A DNA stretch of 64,000 nucleotides, taken from an uncultured Planctomycetaceae bacterium. GTDB taxonomy: Bacteria; Planctomycetota; Planctomycetia; Pirellulales; Pirellulaceae. This document shows, piece after piece, positions 9,996 through 18,181 of this stretch. The stretch covers positions 66,373-130,372 of the forward strand of contig CALMEE010000121.1 in NCBI GenBank assembly GCA_937862885.1, written 5' to 3'. Numbering within the stretch: the first letter of the stretch is position 1; each line of letters begins with the position of its first letter. Both the position numbers and the translations under genes were made by a program. The notes beneath the pieces are model-generated. The model did no database searches and was not told the DNA's origin. It saw nothing but the letters and a program-made list of their open reading frames with translations.

Positions 9996-10532
9996 ATGAA
10001 ATTTCAGATTTTGACATACGCATCCATGGCCTTGTTATTATTCATGGGTACTAGCCAAGCGCAGCAGTCGGCACCAGAGGCGATGAAAGCCTTTCAATGG
10101 GAAGTTGGAACATGGAATGCGGAAATTCGGATGTACGGCGACCCAGAAGGTCAACCAGAAATCTCCAAAGGAACGGAAACGATTTTCATGTTAGGCGATA
10201 TGTGGTTGATTAGTCACTTTAAAGGTGAAATGATGGGAATGAAATTCGAAGGCAGCAGCCAAATGAGTTTCAACCCTCAAACCAAGAAGTACACCGGGAC
10301 TTGGGTCGACTCCATGAGCCCCTATGCGATGTCGCTCGAAGGTACTTGGGACGAGCAGACGAAGACGTTAACGCAAGTCGGGACTGGCATGGACGAGTCT
10401 GGTAATGAAATGAAGATGAAAATGACAAATGTCCACAATGACGACGGCAGCCGACTATTCACGATGTATATGCAAGATCCGGGTGGTAATGAGATGAAAG
10501 CAATGGAAATTCATTACACCAAAGCAAAATAG
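9996..10532 (+). CDS. Secreted Met-rich protein, DUF1579-like
   Basis: The track start is TTG 9981 and the first ATG is 9996 (MKFQILTYASMALLLFMGTSQAQQ, a signal peptide). The mature part contains WEVGTWNAEIRMYGDPEG and repeated Met-rich motifs (EMMGMKFEG, NEMKMKMTN, FTMYMQD). The family call is from memory and tentative. Confidence 0.5.
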   Translation: MKFQILTYASMALLLFMGTSQAQQSAPEAMKAFQWEVGTWNAEIRMYGDPEGQPEISKGTETIFMLGDMWLISHFKGEMMGMKFEGSSQMSFNPQTKKYTGTWVDSMSPYAMSLEGTWDEQTKTLTQVGTGMDESGNEMKMKMTNVHNDDGSRLFTMYMQDPGGNEMKAMEIHYTKAK

Positions 10533-10681
10533 AGTTACTTTTTAGTCAAATATGTTTTGAATCAGAAAATTATCATGGCTCGGTCGGTGAGCAAGCTGAT
10601 CATCGAGACCACTGTTTTCTGTTTGGTTAGTTTTGAAGACATCGAAGTAGTGTTTACAATTGGAGTACAGGATTGGATACC

Positions 10682-11269
10682 ATGACGCTCAGCAACGAAG
10701 CTCTCGACATCATTTTTAATAAAGCTCGAACCCACAACGCTTGGCTGGACAAGCCGGTAGACGACTCATTACTACATCGCGTGTATGATCTGACCAAGAT
10801 GGGGCCGACATCAGCAAATATGAGCCCCCTGCGAATTGTTTTTGTTAAGTCGCAAGCGGGAAAGGAGAAGCTCAAGCCGGCACTCAGCGAAGGAAACTTG
10901 GAAAAAACCATGACAGCACCCGTCGTCGCGATCCTGGGAATGGACATCCATTTTTACGAAGAACTTCCGAGGCTTTTTCCACACACGGATGCCAAAGCTT
11001 GGTTTAAGGACCTGCCCGAAAATGTTTTGGAAACGATGGCTCTCCGTAATTCGTCGCTGCAGGGAGCCTATTTCATGATCGCTGCGCGGGCAGTGGGGCT
11101 GGATTGCGGGCCGATGTCTGGCTTTAACAACGAGCTGGTGGACAACTTGTTTTTTGCCGGGACCAATGTGAAGTCCAATTTTCTCTGCAATCTCGGATAC
11201 GGCGATGCTTCCAAGCTGTTCCCACGTTCACCCCGGCTTGAATTTGCAGAGGCCTGTCAGATTGTTTGA
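10682..11269 (+). CDS. Nitroreductase-family oxidoreductase (RutE/YdjA-like)
   Basis: The track ORF starts at TTG 10673 and the in-frame ATG is 10682. [24 protein letters not shown]...[18 protein letters not shown]...APVVAIL...[21 protein letters not shown] are typical nitroreductase-fold segments. Confidence 0.75.
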   Translation: MTLSNEALDIIFNKARTHNAWLDKPVDDSLLHRVYDLTKMGPTSANMSPLRIVFVKSQAGKEKLKPALSEGNLEKTMTAPVVAILGMDIHFYEELPRLFPHTDAKAWFKDLPENVLETMALRNSSLQGAYFMIAARAVGLDCGPMSGFNNELVDNLFFAGTNVKSNFLCNLGYGDASKLFPRSPRLEFAEACQIV

Positions 11270-11602
11270 CGTAAAGGTCAGCAATACTTTTTGCTTTGCG
11301 GCCAAATCTTAGGACATACTTTAAAATCTCAACCTGGCGGCGCGAGCCGCCGTGGACGAATTTGTCCTGACTTCTCTCCGCCCGAGATTTGGACCCACTA
11401 CGCGTACCGGCATCGCAATTTCCATGAGGTTTGGGGTCGGTCAGATTGCGCCGATGGCGGGGATGCCTGACTCGTTCACAATCTTCGTGAGAATCTTTAG
11501 GCGACTGGAAAAATGGGGACTGCACAAATTAGTCGAGCCAGTTTTCGGCGAGAGTCATTTGCAATCGAAATCAGACGATGATGTCACTCCAAAATTCTAT
11601 GA

Positions 11603-12286
11603 TCAGTTCCACCGCATCGGCTTACCAGTGAACTGGTGATAGAGAATGACTCCGGCCATTAACATTACGGGACAAAGTACAATCAACAGCGGAATGCCAA
11701 CCCACAACAATGCGGACCATGCATGTCCGGTGAGTTTTTGATACACGCTCATTCCCAGTGCAATGGGTGGCATAATCAATGGAACCCAGCCACCTCGCTT
11801 TAGAGTCAGCACAGAAACAATGTCCGACCGACGTAGCAACAATGAGCGAATAATCCACAACCATGCTGCAAAAACAACGAGCCAACAGGCCACGGTGAGC
11901 CAACTTAATGCAACGACGCCCCACGGCGTTTGCTCCCCATGTGCAGCAGCCGGAATCAGACCGAACGCATAGAGCAAACGCGATTGATCGCAAAGCACAG
12001 CCACTAGACCAGCAATGATTGAAGCAAATACATTCTTCAGGACCAAAGCATGCAGCCGCCCGCCACCAACAATCGACGTCCACGGTAGCAGGAATCCCGC
12101 AGTTCGGTTCCTCCATGTGACAACTCCCAATGTCGCATCACGCAGCAGCCAGCCGGCAAAACCAGTCAACAACGAAGTTGCAACGACATAGACCAGCAGA
12201 CCCTCAAAGACTCCCAAGGTTCGCGACAACGCGATACTGGCGGCAACGTGTGCTGCGATGCTTGCTATCCAAAGCAGCGCGTTCAT
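11603..12286 (-). CDS. Hypothetical polytopic inner-membrane protein
   Basis: Six or more hydrophobic helices (LLWIASIAAHVAASIAL, LLVYVVATSLLTGFAGWLL and others). A GAGGAAG ribosome-binding site sits 7 nt upstream of the ATG at 12286. The antisense track ORF at 12130-12879 is Arg/Cys-rich and looks like junk. Confidence 0.55.
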   Translation of the reverse strand: MNALLWIASIAAHVAASIALSRTLGVFEGLLVYVVATSLLTGFAGWLLRDATLGVVTWRNRTAGFLLPWTSIVGGGRLHALVLKNVFASIIAGLVAVLCDQSRLLYAFGLIPAAAHGEQTPWGVVALSWLTVACWLVVFAAWLWIIRSLLLRRSDIVSVLTLKRGGWVPLIMPPIALGMSVYQKLTGHAWSALLWVGIPLLIVLCPVMLMAGVILYHQFTGKPMRWN

Positions 12287-12432
12287 GGGCACTTCCTCAT
12301 CCGACAGTCAAAAAGCTGCTTGGGACACGGCAACACATCCTGCCGAGCCGTCGGCCACACATCATTATCTTCTTTCATTTCAGCTATCTTGCCCCCGCTT
12401 GCTGCAAACTATTCACCTGTTGCCTACCCGAA

Positions 12433-13092
12433 TTAACTCGCAGGCCACTCCCGCAGGTAATCCGTTTCACTGACTCCAATCTTGCGGCACAATTCCTGTA
12501 TCGCATCACGGCGGTCTGTGTCATCGCCAGGATTGAATCGCAGAAAGAAAGGTCGTTGATCCCATTCAAACGGTTCCGTTGCCAGACCATGCAAATACAA
12601 CAGCATGGCCGCAAAATGAACGGCGACGACGCCTGGATCGCGCACAATCCGTTGCAACATCGCACGAATCACGTCGGGGGGATGCATCGATTCGATCTGT
12701 GTCAAGGTCAAGCTCAGTCCCTCGTAGGCATCGCATACAGCAATGCGGTCGAGCAATTCGGTGGCTTGCTCGTCTTCGGCGATCAAATGGGGTGCCACCC
12801 GTGCAACGGCCGCGCGAATTTCCGTCTTGCCATTGCGAAATGCACGGAGCAAGGCGTGCCGAGCTTGCGGAGTATCTAGCAGAGCCAGCGCTTCGACATC
12901 AATGAAATGCCGGATTCCCTGCCCCAACAAGAATTGCTCGATCTGCTGCCGCTCAGCGGAAGTTGCCAGTTGAATCGCTTCCAGATCATGCTGGGGATCT
13001 CTCCAATTGTCAGCATCAATTCGCGCGGATCGCCGAAATCGCTCATACATCGATTCAGATTCACTAGGTTCGGACGAGTTCATACGCAGCAT
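12433..13092 (-). CDS. Hypothetical protein
   Basis: 219 aa with a balanced, helical composition. A strong GAAGGAG ribosome-binding site precedes the ATG at 13092. Confidence 0.5.
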   Translation of the reverse strand: MLRMNSSEPSESESMYERFRRSARIDADNWRDPQHDLEAIQLATSAERQQIEQFLLGQGIRHFIDVEALALLDTPQARHALLRAFRNGKTEIRAAVARVAPHLIAEDEQATELLDRIAVCDAYEGLSLTLTQIESMHPPDVIRAMLQRIVRDPGVVAVHFAAMLLYLHGLATEPFEWDQRPFFLRFNPGDDTDRRDAIQELCRKIGVSETDYLREWPAS

Positions 13093-13099
13093 TACTCCT

Positions 13100-14194
13100 T
13101 CAACGATAACGCGCGAGCCAGTGAGCGTAGGGAGGCGGCAATGTCATTTGTGCTGACTGTTCCATTCCCAGTTCCTTGGCGGCGTAATACGGCCAATGGG
13201 GATTCGCGAGGAACGGTCGCGCAAGCGTGGCAAAGTCGATCTTGCCACTTCGAATCAGATCGTCAGCACCTTTGGGACCATCGATGAACCAGCTGGTTGT
13301 TCCCGGAAGTCCAGTTTCCTTCAATACCCGTGCGGCAATGTCCGCGAGAAAATTGGGCCCCCAGGGAATCTTGGCCGTCGGTGTGTTAAATCCAATCGAA
13401 ACATCAACAGAATCGAGCCCCTCAAGTTTCATCTTGTTCAACAAGTCAATGGAATCAGAAATCATCTGTTCATCCTGACCATCGAATTCGACCACACCAA
13501 AACGAGCCGTTAATGGAAGTCGTTCTGGCCAAACATGACGGACATCATTCAGGGTTTCCAGCAGATACCTTCCCCGATTCTCTGCGGACCCGCCATATTG
13601 ATCGGTCCGCTTGTTGGACCAGGTGGACCAAAAATTCTGCGCCAAGTAACCGTGGGCAAAATGCAATTGCAGCCATTCGAATCCGATATCGCGGGCACGC
13701 TCCGCCGCCTGGACGACATCGGACTGGATCCTGGCAATCTCTTCAACCGTCAACTCGCGGGGAATGCGGGGCAAATTCGCGCCGAACGCTATCGCCGAAG
13801 GGGCGAGTGGCGTCCAGGAATTCGGTTGACCTTCAGGGATATGATCATCTCCTTCCCACGGCCGATTCGCCGACGCTTTCCGCCCGGCATGAGCCAATTG
13901 AATCCCCGGCACTGCTCCCCACGTTTTGATCGATTCGACGATCGGGACGAGGGCTTCGGCCTGCCGGTCGTTCCAAAGCCCGGCATCGGCCCACGTGATT
14001 CGACCTTCGGGAGATACCGCAGTCGCTTCGACAATCACCAAGGCTGCTCCGCCCCGTGCCAGGGCAGCGTAATGGACCTGATGCCAATCTGTAGCAACGC
14101 CCTCTTGAGACATGTACTGACACATCGGCGAGACCACGATTCGGTTCCGAAGTGCAACATCTTTTAACGAATACGGATCGAAGAGCGTCGCCAT
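13100..14194 (-). CDS. namA: NADH:flavin oxidoreductase of the Old Yellow Enzyme family (NADPH dehydrogenase)
   Basis: RNRIVVSPMCQYMS...DWHQVHYAALARGGAALVIVEATAVSPEGRIT...QLAHAGRKAS are OYE TIM-barrel signatures. The start is placed at MATLFDP (complement of 14192-14194). The track's longer N-terminal extension is unlikely. Confidence 0.85.
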   Translation of the reverse strand: MATLFDPYSLKDVALRNRIVVSPMCQYMSQEGVATDWHQVHYAALARGGAALVIVEATAVSPEGRITWADAGLWNDRQAEALVPIVESIKTWGAVPGIQLAHAGRKASANRPWEGDDHIPEGQPNSWTPLAPSAIAFGANLPRIPRELTVEEIARIQSDVVQAAERARDIGFEWLQLHFAHGYLAQNFWSTWSNKRTDQYGGSAENRGRYLLETLNDVRHVWPERLPLTARFGVVEFDGQDEQMISDSIDLLNKMKLEGLDSVDVSIGFNTPTAKIPWGPNFLADIAARVLKETGLPGTTSWFIDGPKGADDLIRSGKIDFATLARPFLANPHWPYYAAKELGMEQSAQMTLPPPYAHWLARYR

Positions 14195-14923
14195 AGTTTT
14201 CCAAAACTTAACAGTCTGGGTCGGTAAGTGAGAACATACCACCCCCGAATCCCCCTCATCCCGCGAAGCGGGCAAATTCGCCGCTGAGACTAATTTCTTA
14301 GACCTTGCACATTGGCAACACTATCGTACTTTGGTTGGCGGCGGAAAGCAAACGATAACACAAACGATGCATTTGCGCGACCACCCCATGAGTTGTCGAT
14401 TCGCGTGTGAACCGAAATGACATTCAAACAGCGACAAAGAAAACATGCACCTCGTGTGTCAGTTACTTGGATTGAATGGCCACGTACTAGCGCGTTCACG
14501 TATGAAGCGCTAATGGAGCTTGATGATGTGTGGTTTAGGTGAAGCGTCCAATCAAATTCCGACACACGCGGTGAGCGCAATTCCACTCGACGCCCAAACG
14601 CTCAACCTAGCCGCCGACGAAATGCGTTGAAAGCGGTAGCCGCAAAGCACTAACTCACAAACCACGTTTTGCGGATTCCCAGCCTACTTCAGGCATCAGT
14701 TTCTACACAATTATCGACATGCTCCAAGCGAAACAGCAGCTTGATCCTGCTAATTTTGGCTCCGCATTGTAAGTTCTTTGTCACGCGTGGGGAAATAATG
14801 GATAGCTAGTTTTCAGTGTTTGTCGCACCCCTTGCCAGGTATGCTGACGAGGGACGTAACGACGGTGCAGTCGCTTCCGGCTTGCTTCCTGAGAAACTTC
14901 AAAACTCACCGCGGGACATTCCT

Positions 14924-15373
14924 CTAAGGTGCAGCGACAATTTTGAAATCGATGGATTGGTGGCCATTCGCAACGGATGTGGAAAGCGGCGTTGTTTCAA
15001 CTTTTTCATAAGCCGCCGGAAAGCGCCGTGGTGGTCGTTGCACAACCGTTCCGTCTGCATCGCGCGGTGCGGTGTAGATTTCCAGATCTTGAATGAGCAC
15101 GATGTAGTCGCCCAGCGGCACTCCAGGCCGTTGGTCTTCCCCGCGCAATACATACCTCCCTGCAGCATCGGTCATCCCTTGAGCCCGTCCTGATCTTCCT
15201 TGATTCGATTTGGAAATATAGACTATCAACAAGCCTTCGAGGGGCATGTTGTCAACCAAAACAAGTCCATCGACGCTTCCTCGGGGAAGGTCCGACTTGC
15301 ATCCCGATACTACGAGCGTTAGGCAAACGGCTGCCGCTCCGATAAATAATTGCGAAGTAAACTTCGATCTCAT
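14924..15373 (-). CDS. Putative lipoprotein, the small partner commonly found downstream of DUF1559 genes
   Basis: Signal peptide with lipobox LVVSGC. 149 aa, beta-rich. It follows the DUF1559 gene on the same strand. Confidence 0.5.
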   Translation of the reverse strand: MRSKFTSQLFIGAAAVCLTLVVSGCKSDLPRGSVDGLVLVDNMPLEGLLIVYISKSNQGRSGRAQGMTDAAGRYVLRGEDQRPGVPLGDYIVLIQDLEIYTAPRDADGTVVQRPPRRFPAAYEKVETTPLSTSVANGHQSIDFKIVAAP

Positions 15374-15460
15374 AAAAAACTCGGCGAGCGTACTGCTTCG
15401 GGGCCTAGGTCAAATTGACAAACCTGACGTGAGCCTTGTAACTTTGGGATGTCGATGGAT

Positions 15461-16474
15461 CTATTCAAAGGCTTCACTGTCCAGCACTTGATTGTCGTTG
15501 CGGATGCTCAAGTAGTTGAGTGTCAACTCGGAAATCTGTTCCGATATAAAACGTGTCGATCCATCACAGAGCGCAAAGTTGGCACCGCCTCCGTGGCTGC
15601 TGCCATAGGCACACATCCGGCGGTCGTTGTAGTACAGGTAGCTATTCCAATCCGTAGCCGGGGGAACCATCGAGCTACCTTGATCAAACGGTAAGGGGAT
15701 CCGAAAGTTTATGCGGGCATAGGCCGATAACGTCACGTCACCTGCCGCCAATCGTCCCCCTGAATTTGCCCACCAGCCAACCCTGGCCATCGGATTCAAA
15801 AACTGCCCCGACGGAGGAACAATGTTGGCAGCAAAGGTATCGTGATTAGGATCGTAGTGACTTCTCTCACCGAACAAAAGCGTGTTACTTAGTCCATCTC
15901 GGATGTCGCGAATTTTGACGGCTGTGCCCTGTGGCGCCGTCTGAGACCCCGGGCCAATCACATAAAACACACCGTCGTTCGTGGCAAATTGAGGATCATA
16001 AGAACGTGAACCTCCATTGCCGCCATAACTGGTTAAGCCGTACCAACGCCCCCCTCCAGTGCTGATTGGATTTTCGTCGATCGGATCAGACGGACAAAGC
16101 AAAATGGGAAGAACCGCAGCTGTCTTCGCAGTATTTCCGCCAACTGTATTGTTAATTGGATCGGCATAATCCCAGCCAGCCACCAAATTATCTTGTTCCA
16201 AATAGGGCAGCAAACGGACGAATAATGTGATGCCGCGATACCTCGGCGATGGCACGAAATAATGTTGATAAACGCCCGGCGGTAGCGCGCGGAAGCCTGA
16301 TTCGTAATTACTGGTGGCCACTGCCAACTGCCGAAGGTGATTCAAGCAATCGGTACGCCGCACAGCTTCTCGAACTGACTGCACGGCTGGCATAAGTAGA
16401 CTTGCCAAAATTCCAATAACGGCAATTACTACCAACAATTCGATCAAGGTGAAGGCGTGACGTAAGCGATACAT
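15461..16474 (-). CDS. DUF1559 domain protein with a prepilin-type N-terminal cleavage/methylation motif
   Basis: N-terminus MYRLRHAFTLIELLVVIAVIGILASLLMPAVQSVREAVRRTDCLNHLRQL is the Planctomycetota-specific pseudopilin-like DUF1559 signature. A GGAGAAG ribosome-binding site is present. Confidence 0.85.
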   Translation of the reverse strand: MYRLRHAFTLIELLVVIAVIGILASLLMPAVQSVREAVRRTDCLNHLRQLAVATSNYESGFRALPPGVYQHYFVPSPRYRGITLFVRLLPYLEQDNLVAGWDYADPINNTVGGNTAKTAAVLPILLCPSDPIDENPISTGGGRWYGLTSYGGNGGSRSYDPQFATNDGVFYVIGPGSQTAPQGTAVKIRDIRDGLSNTLLFGERSHYDPNHDTFAANIVPPSGQFLNPMARVGWWANSGGRLAAGDVTLSAYARINFRIPLPFDQGSSMVPPATDWNSYLYYNDRRMCAYGSSHGGGANFALCDGSTRFISEQISELTLNYLSIRNDNQVLDSEAFE

Positions 16475-16489
16475 GTTCTTCTCCTGTAG

Positions 16490-16885
16490 TTATTCCTCGT
16501 TCACAACGCGAATCTGGTCGGCACGCAGGACCGGCAGATAGGGACGATCTTCAAACCGCATCACACAACCGCACACCTCAACTTTTTTTCCCAAGAAGTG
16601 AGCTTCAAAATCTTCGACTCCTTTGGCTTTCAACTCTTCCGTGGCAGCGACCGATAGCGCTACGCCTAAATTCTCTGCGTTTTCGAAATCTTCCTCAGAA
16701 TCCAGATAAACAACGCCTCGTTTCGCTAAACGGTCTTTGGCGTGCTTGACAACGAATTGCACTCGAACTGTCGAGGAGCCGATCTTGTTAATAGCTTGCG
16801 TCGGGGTCAAAATATCCGTGGGCAATTGATCTTGCCAACCGACACAGATGACGAGCAATGTCGACCAAAAAATTTGACTTAGCAT
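16490..16885 (-). CDS. Hypothetical secreted protein
   Basis: 131 aa with signal peptide MLSQIFWSTLLVICVGW. It sits between the regulator and the DUF1559 gene on the same strand and overlaps the DUF1559 ribosome-binding-site region. Confidence 0.5.
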   Translation of the reverse strand: MLSQIFWSTLLVICVGWQDQLPTDILTPTQAINKIGSSTVRVQFVVKHAKDRLAKRGVVYLDSEEDFENAENLGVALSVAATEELKAKGVEDFEAHFLGKKVEVCGCVMRFEDRPYLPVLRADQIRVVNEE

Positions 16886-16951
16886 CAGACGTTCCTTCGG
16901 GATTTGAACTTTGGATATTGTGATTCATCTAAAAACGGCGACTATGTGTGC

Positions 16952-18004
16952 TCAGCGGCAAATTACCTCACCAGTGTCTCGATTCGTATAACCTGGAATC
17001 GCTCCAATCAACCGGCGATAGGACTTGGACCGTACGACTCGCACCAGTGCACGAAACCGCTGGTCGGATTGCATACTGGGCAAACAACAAAGATCAAGCA
17101 TTTCGTTCTGCACTGGAATGAAATTCAATCCGGCTTCAGCACTGACGGCGCGCACGCAGACGCCGGCGTCGGCACCTCCGGATCGGATCAACCCGGCAAC
17201 ATCGCGATGACTAAATGCCAAAAGATCAGGTTCCGGATGTCCGTCGAGCAATGCATCCTGGCACCTTCTCGCCGCAGAGCCATTCTCTCGGCCCACCCAA
17301 CGAAGTCGCTGACGCCGTAGACTTGACGTCGACCGCACTCGGACCGTTGGGGCAATAGCAACACCGAGCTGCCAGCCAGTGAGTCGAATCATCGAAAATT
17401 CGCTCCCCAGCGTCTGACGGGCGATCCTTTGGTTATCATCAGGTGATTGTTCGTTCGACCAATGCACTCCAGCCACATGGACGGTCCCCGATTTGAGCAT
17501 TTCAAGAGCATCACGGCTCGACCGATGGATGGCAATCAATCGCTTACCCGTCATCGCGGCATACAATGATGCAAGCAGCCCTATCGATGGGTCACACGTC
17601 GCCAGCACCAGGGTCTCTTCGTCGGAAACTGACTCGCCAAAATCGTCAGGCAATAACGAGAGCATGGGACGTGTATCGGCTGGGAACTTGAGGACAACAT
17701 CTCCAAATCGCGCCTTCCAATGACTTGTCTGTTCAGCGTTTCCCGTATAAGCCCAGCGAATCGATTCTTTACCTTCAGGTGAATTGAATAAGGCCTCTAC
17801 TGAGGTATCGAGCACCTTAGCAATGGCTAAGGCAATCGTGACGGAGGGAATCATCTGGCCGGTTTCGATAGCCGTGATACAGGTGCGCGAGACGCCTGCC
17901 TGCGCCGCAAGCTGAGCCTGTGTCAACCGTTTGCGCTGACGAAGTAATTTGATGGCATGTGGCGACGATTGTGTCATGATCGTGGCATTATATGCCACGA
18001 TCAT
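16952..18004 (-). CDS. XRE-family HTH transcriptional regulator with a C-terminal periplasmic-binding-protein-like (PBP type II) domain
   Basis: HTH_3 motif LRQRKRLTQAQLAAQAGVSRTCITAIETGQ followed by a ~270-aa PBP-like domain. An alternative start at MTQSS (17977) is possible. The start codon lies inside a 37-bp palindrome. Confidence 0.7.
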   Translation of the reverse strand: MIVAYNATIMTQSSPHAIKLLRQRKRLTQAQLAAQAGVSRTCITAIETGQMIPSVTIALAIAKVLDTSVEALFNSPEGKESIRWAYTGNAEQTSHWKARFGDVVLKFPADTRPMLSLLPDDFGESVSDEETLVLATCDPSIGLLASLYAAMTGKRLIAIHRSSRDALEMLKSGTVHVAGVHWSNEQSPDDNQRIARQTLGSEFSMIRLTGWQLGVAIAPTVRVRSTSSLRRQRLRWVGRENGSAARRCQDALLDGHPEPDLLAFSHRDVAGLIRSGGADAGVCVRAVSAEAGLNFIPVQNEMLDLCCLPSMQSDQRFRALVRVVRSKSYRRLIGAIPGYTNRDTGEVICR

Positions 18005-18008
18005 GACA
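17972..18008. promoter_or_regulatory. 37-bp perfect inverted repeat (17-bp arms, 3-bp spacer) overlapping the regulator's start codon; candidate operator
   Basis: TGTCATGATCGTGGCAT-TAT-ATGCCACGATCATGACA read directly from the sequence. A half-site-like TGTCATGA recurs at about 18073. Confidence 0.5.
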
Positions 18009-18181
18009 CTCGCAAGGAGTGGTGGGAGTCGGGATCAGACGAACTTAAACCACAGCAGCAGGCATTTAAGTTTGTCATGAGTCTGTGTGGTGACGTGAGA
18101 ATATGGACGAAACACGATCGTTGAAATATCTCTACAATCAATTCGCGATAAAGCGTTGGTGTACCCGGCTCCACCTGGAAC

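Noticed and set aside
11352-11639. Plus-strand 95-aa ORF downstream of the nitroreductase gene
   Set aside because: It has no ribosome-binding site or motifs and partly overlaps an equally unconvincing minus-strand ORF. I left it uncalled rather than guess.
12130-12879. Plus-strand 249-aa ORF
   Set aside because: It overlaps two better-supported minus-strand genes (a polytopic membrane protein and a 219-aa protein with a strong ribosome-binding site). Its translation is Arg/Cys/His-rich with no domain-like features.
13535-14167. Plus-strand 210-aa ORF and neighbouring ORFs
   Set aside because: They are antisense shadows inside the well-supported OYE-family oxidoreductase gene.
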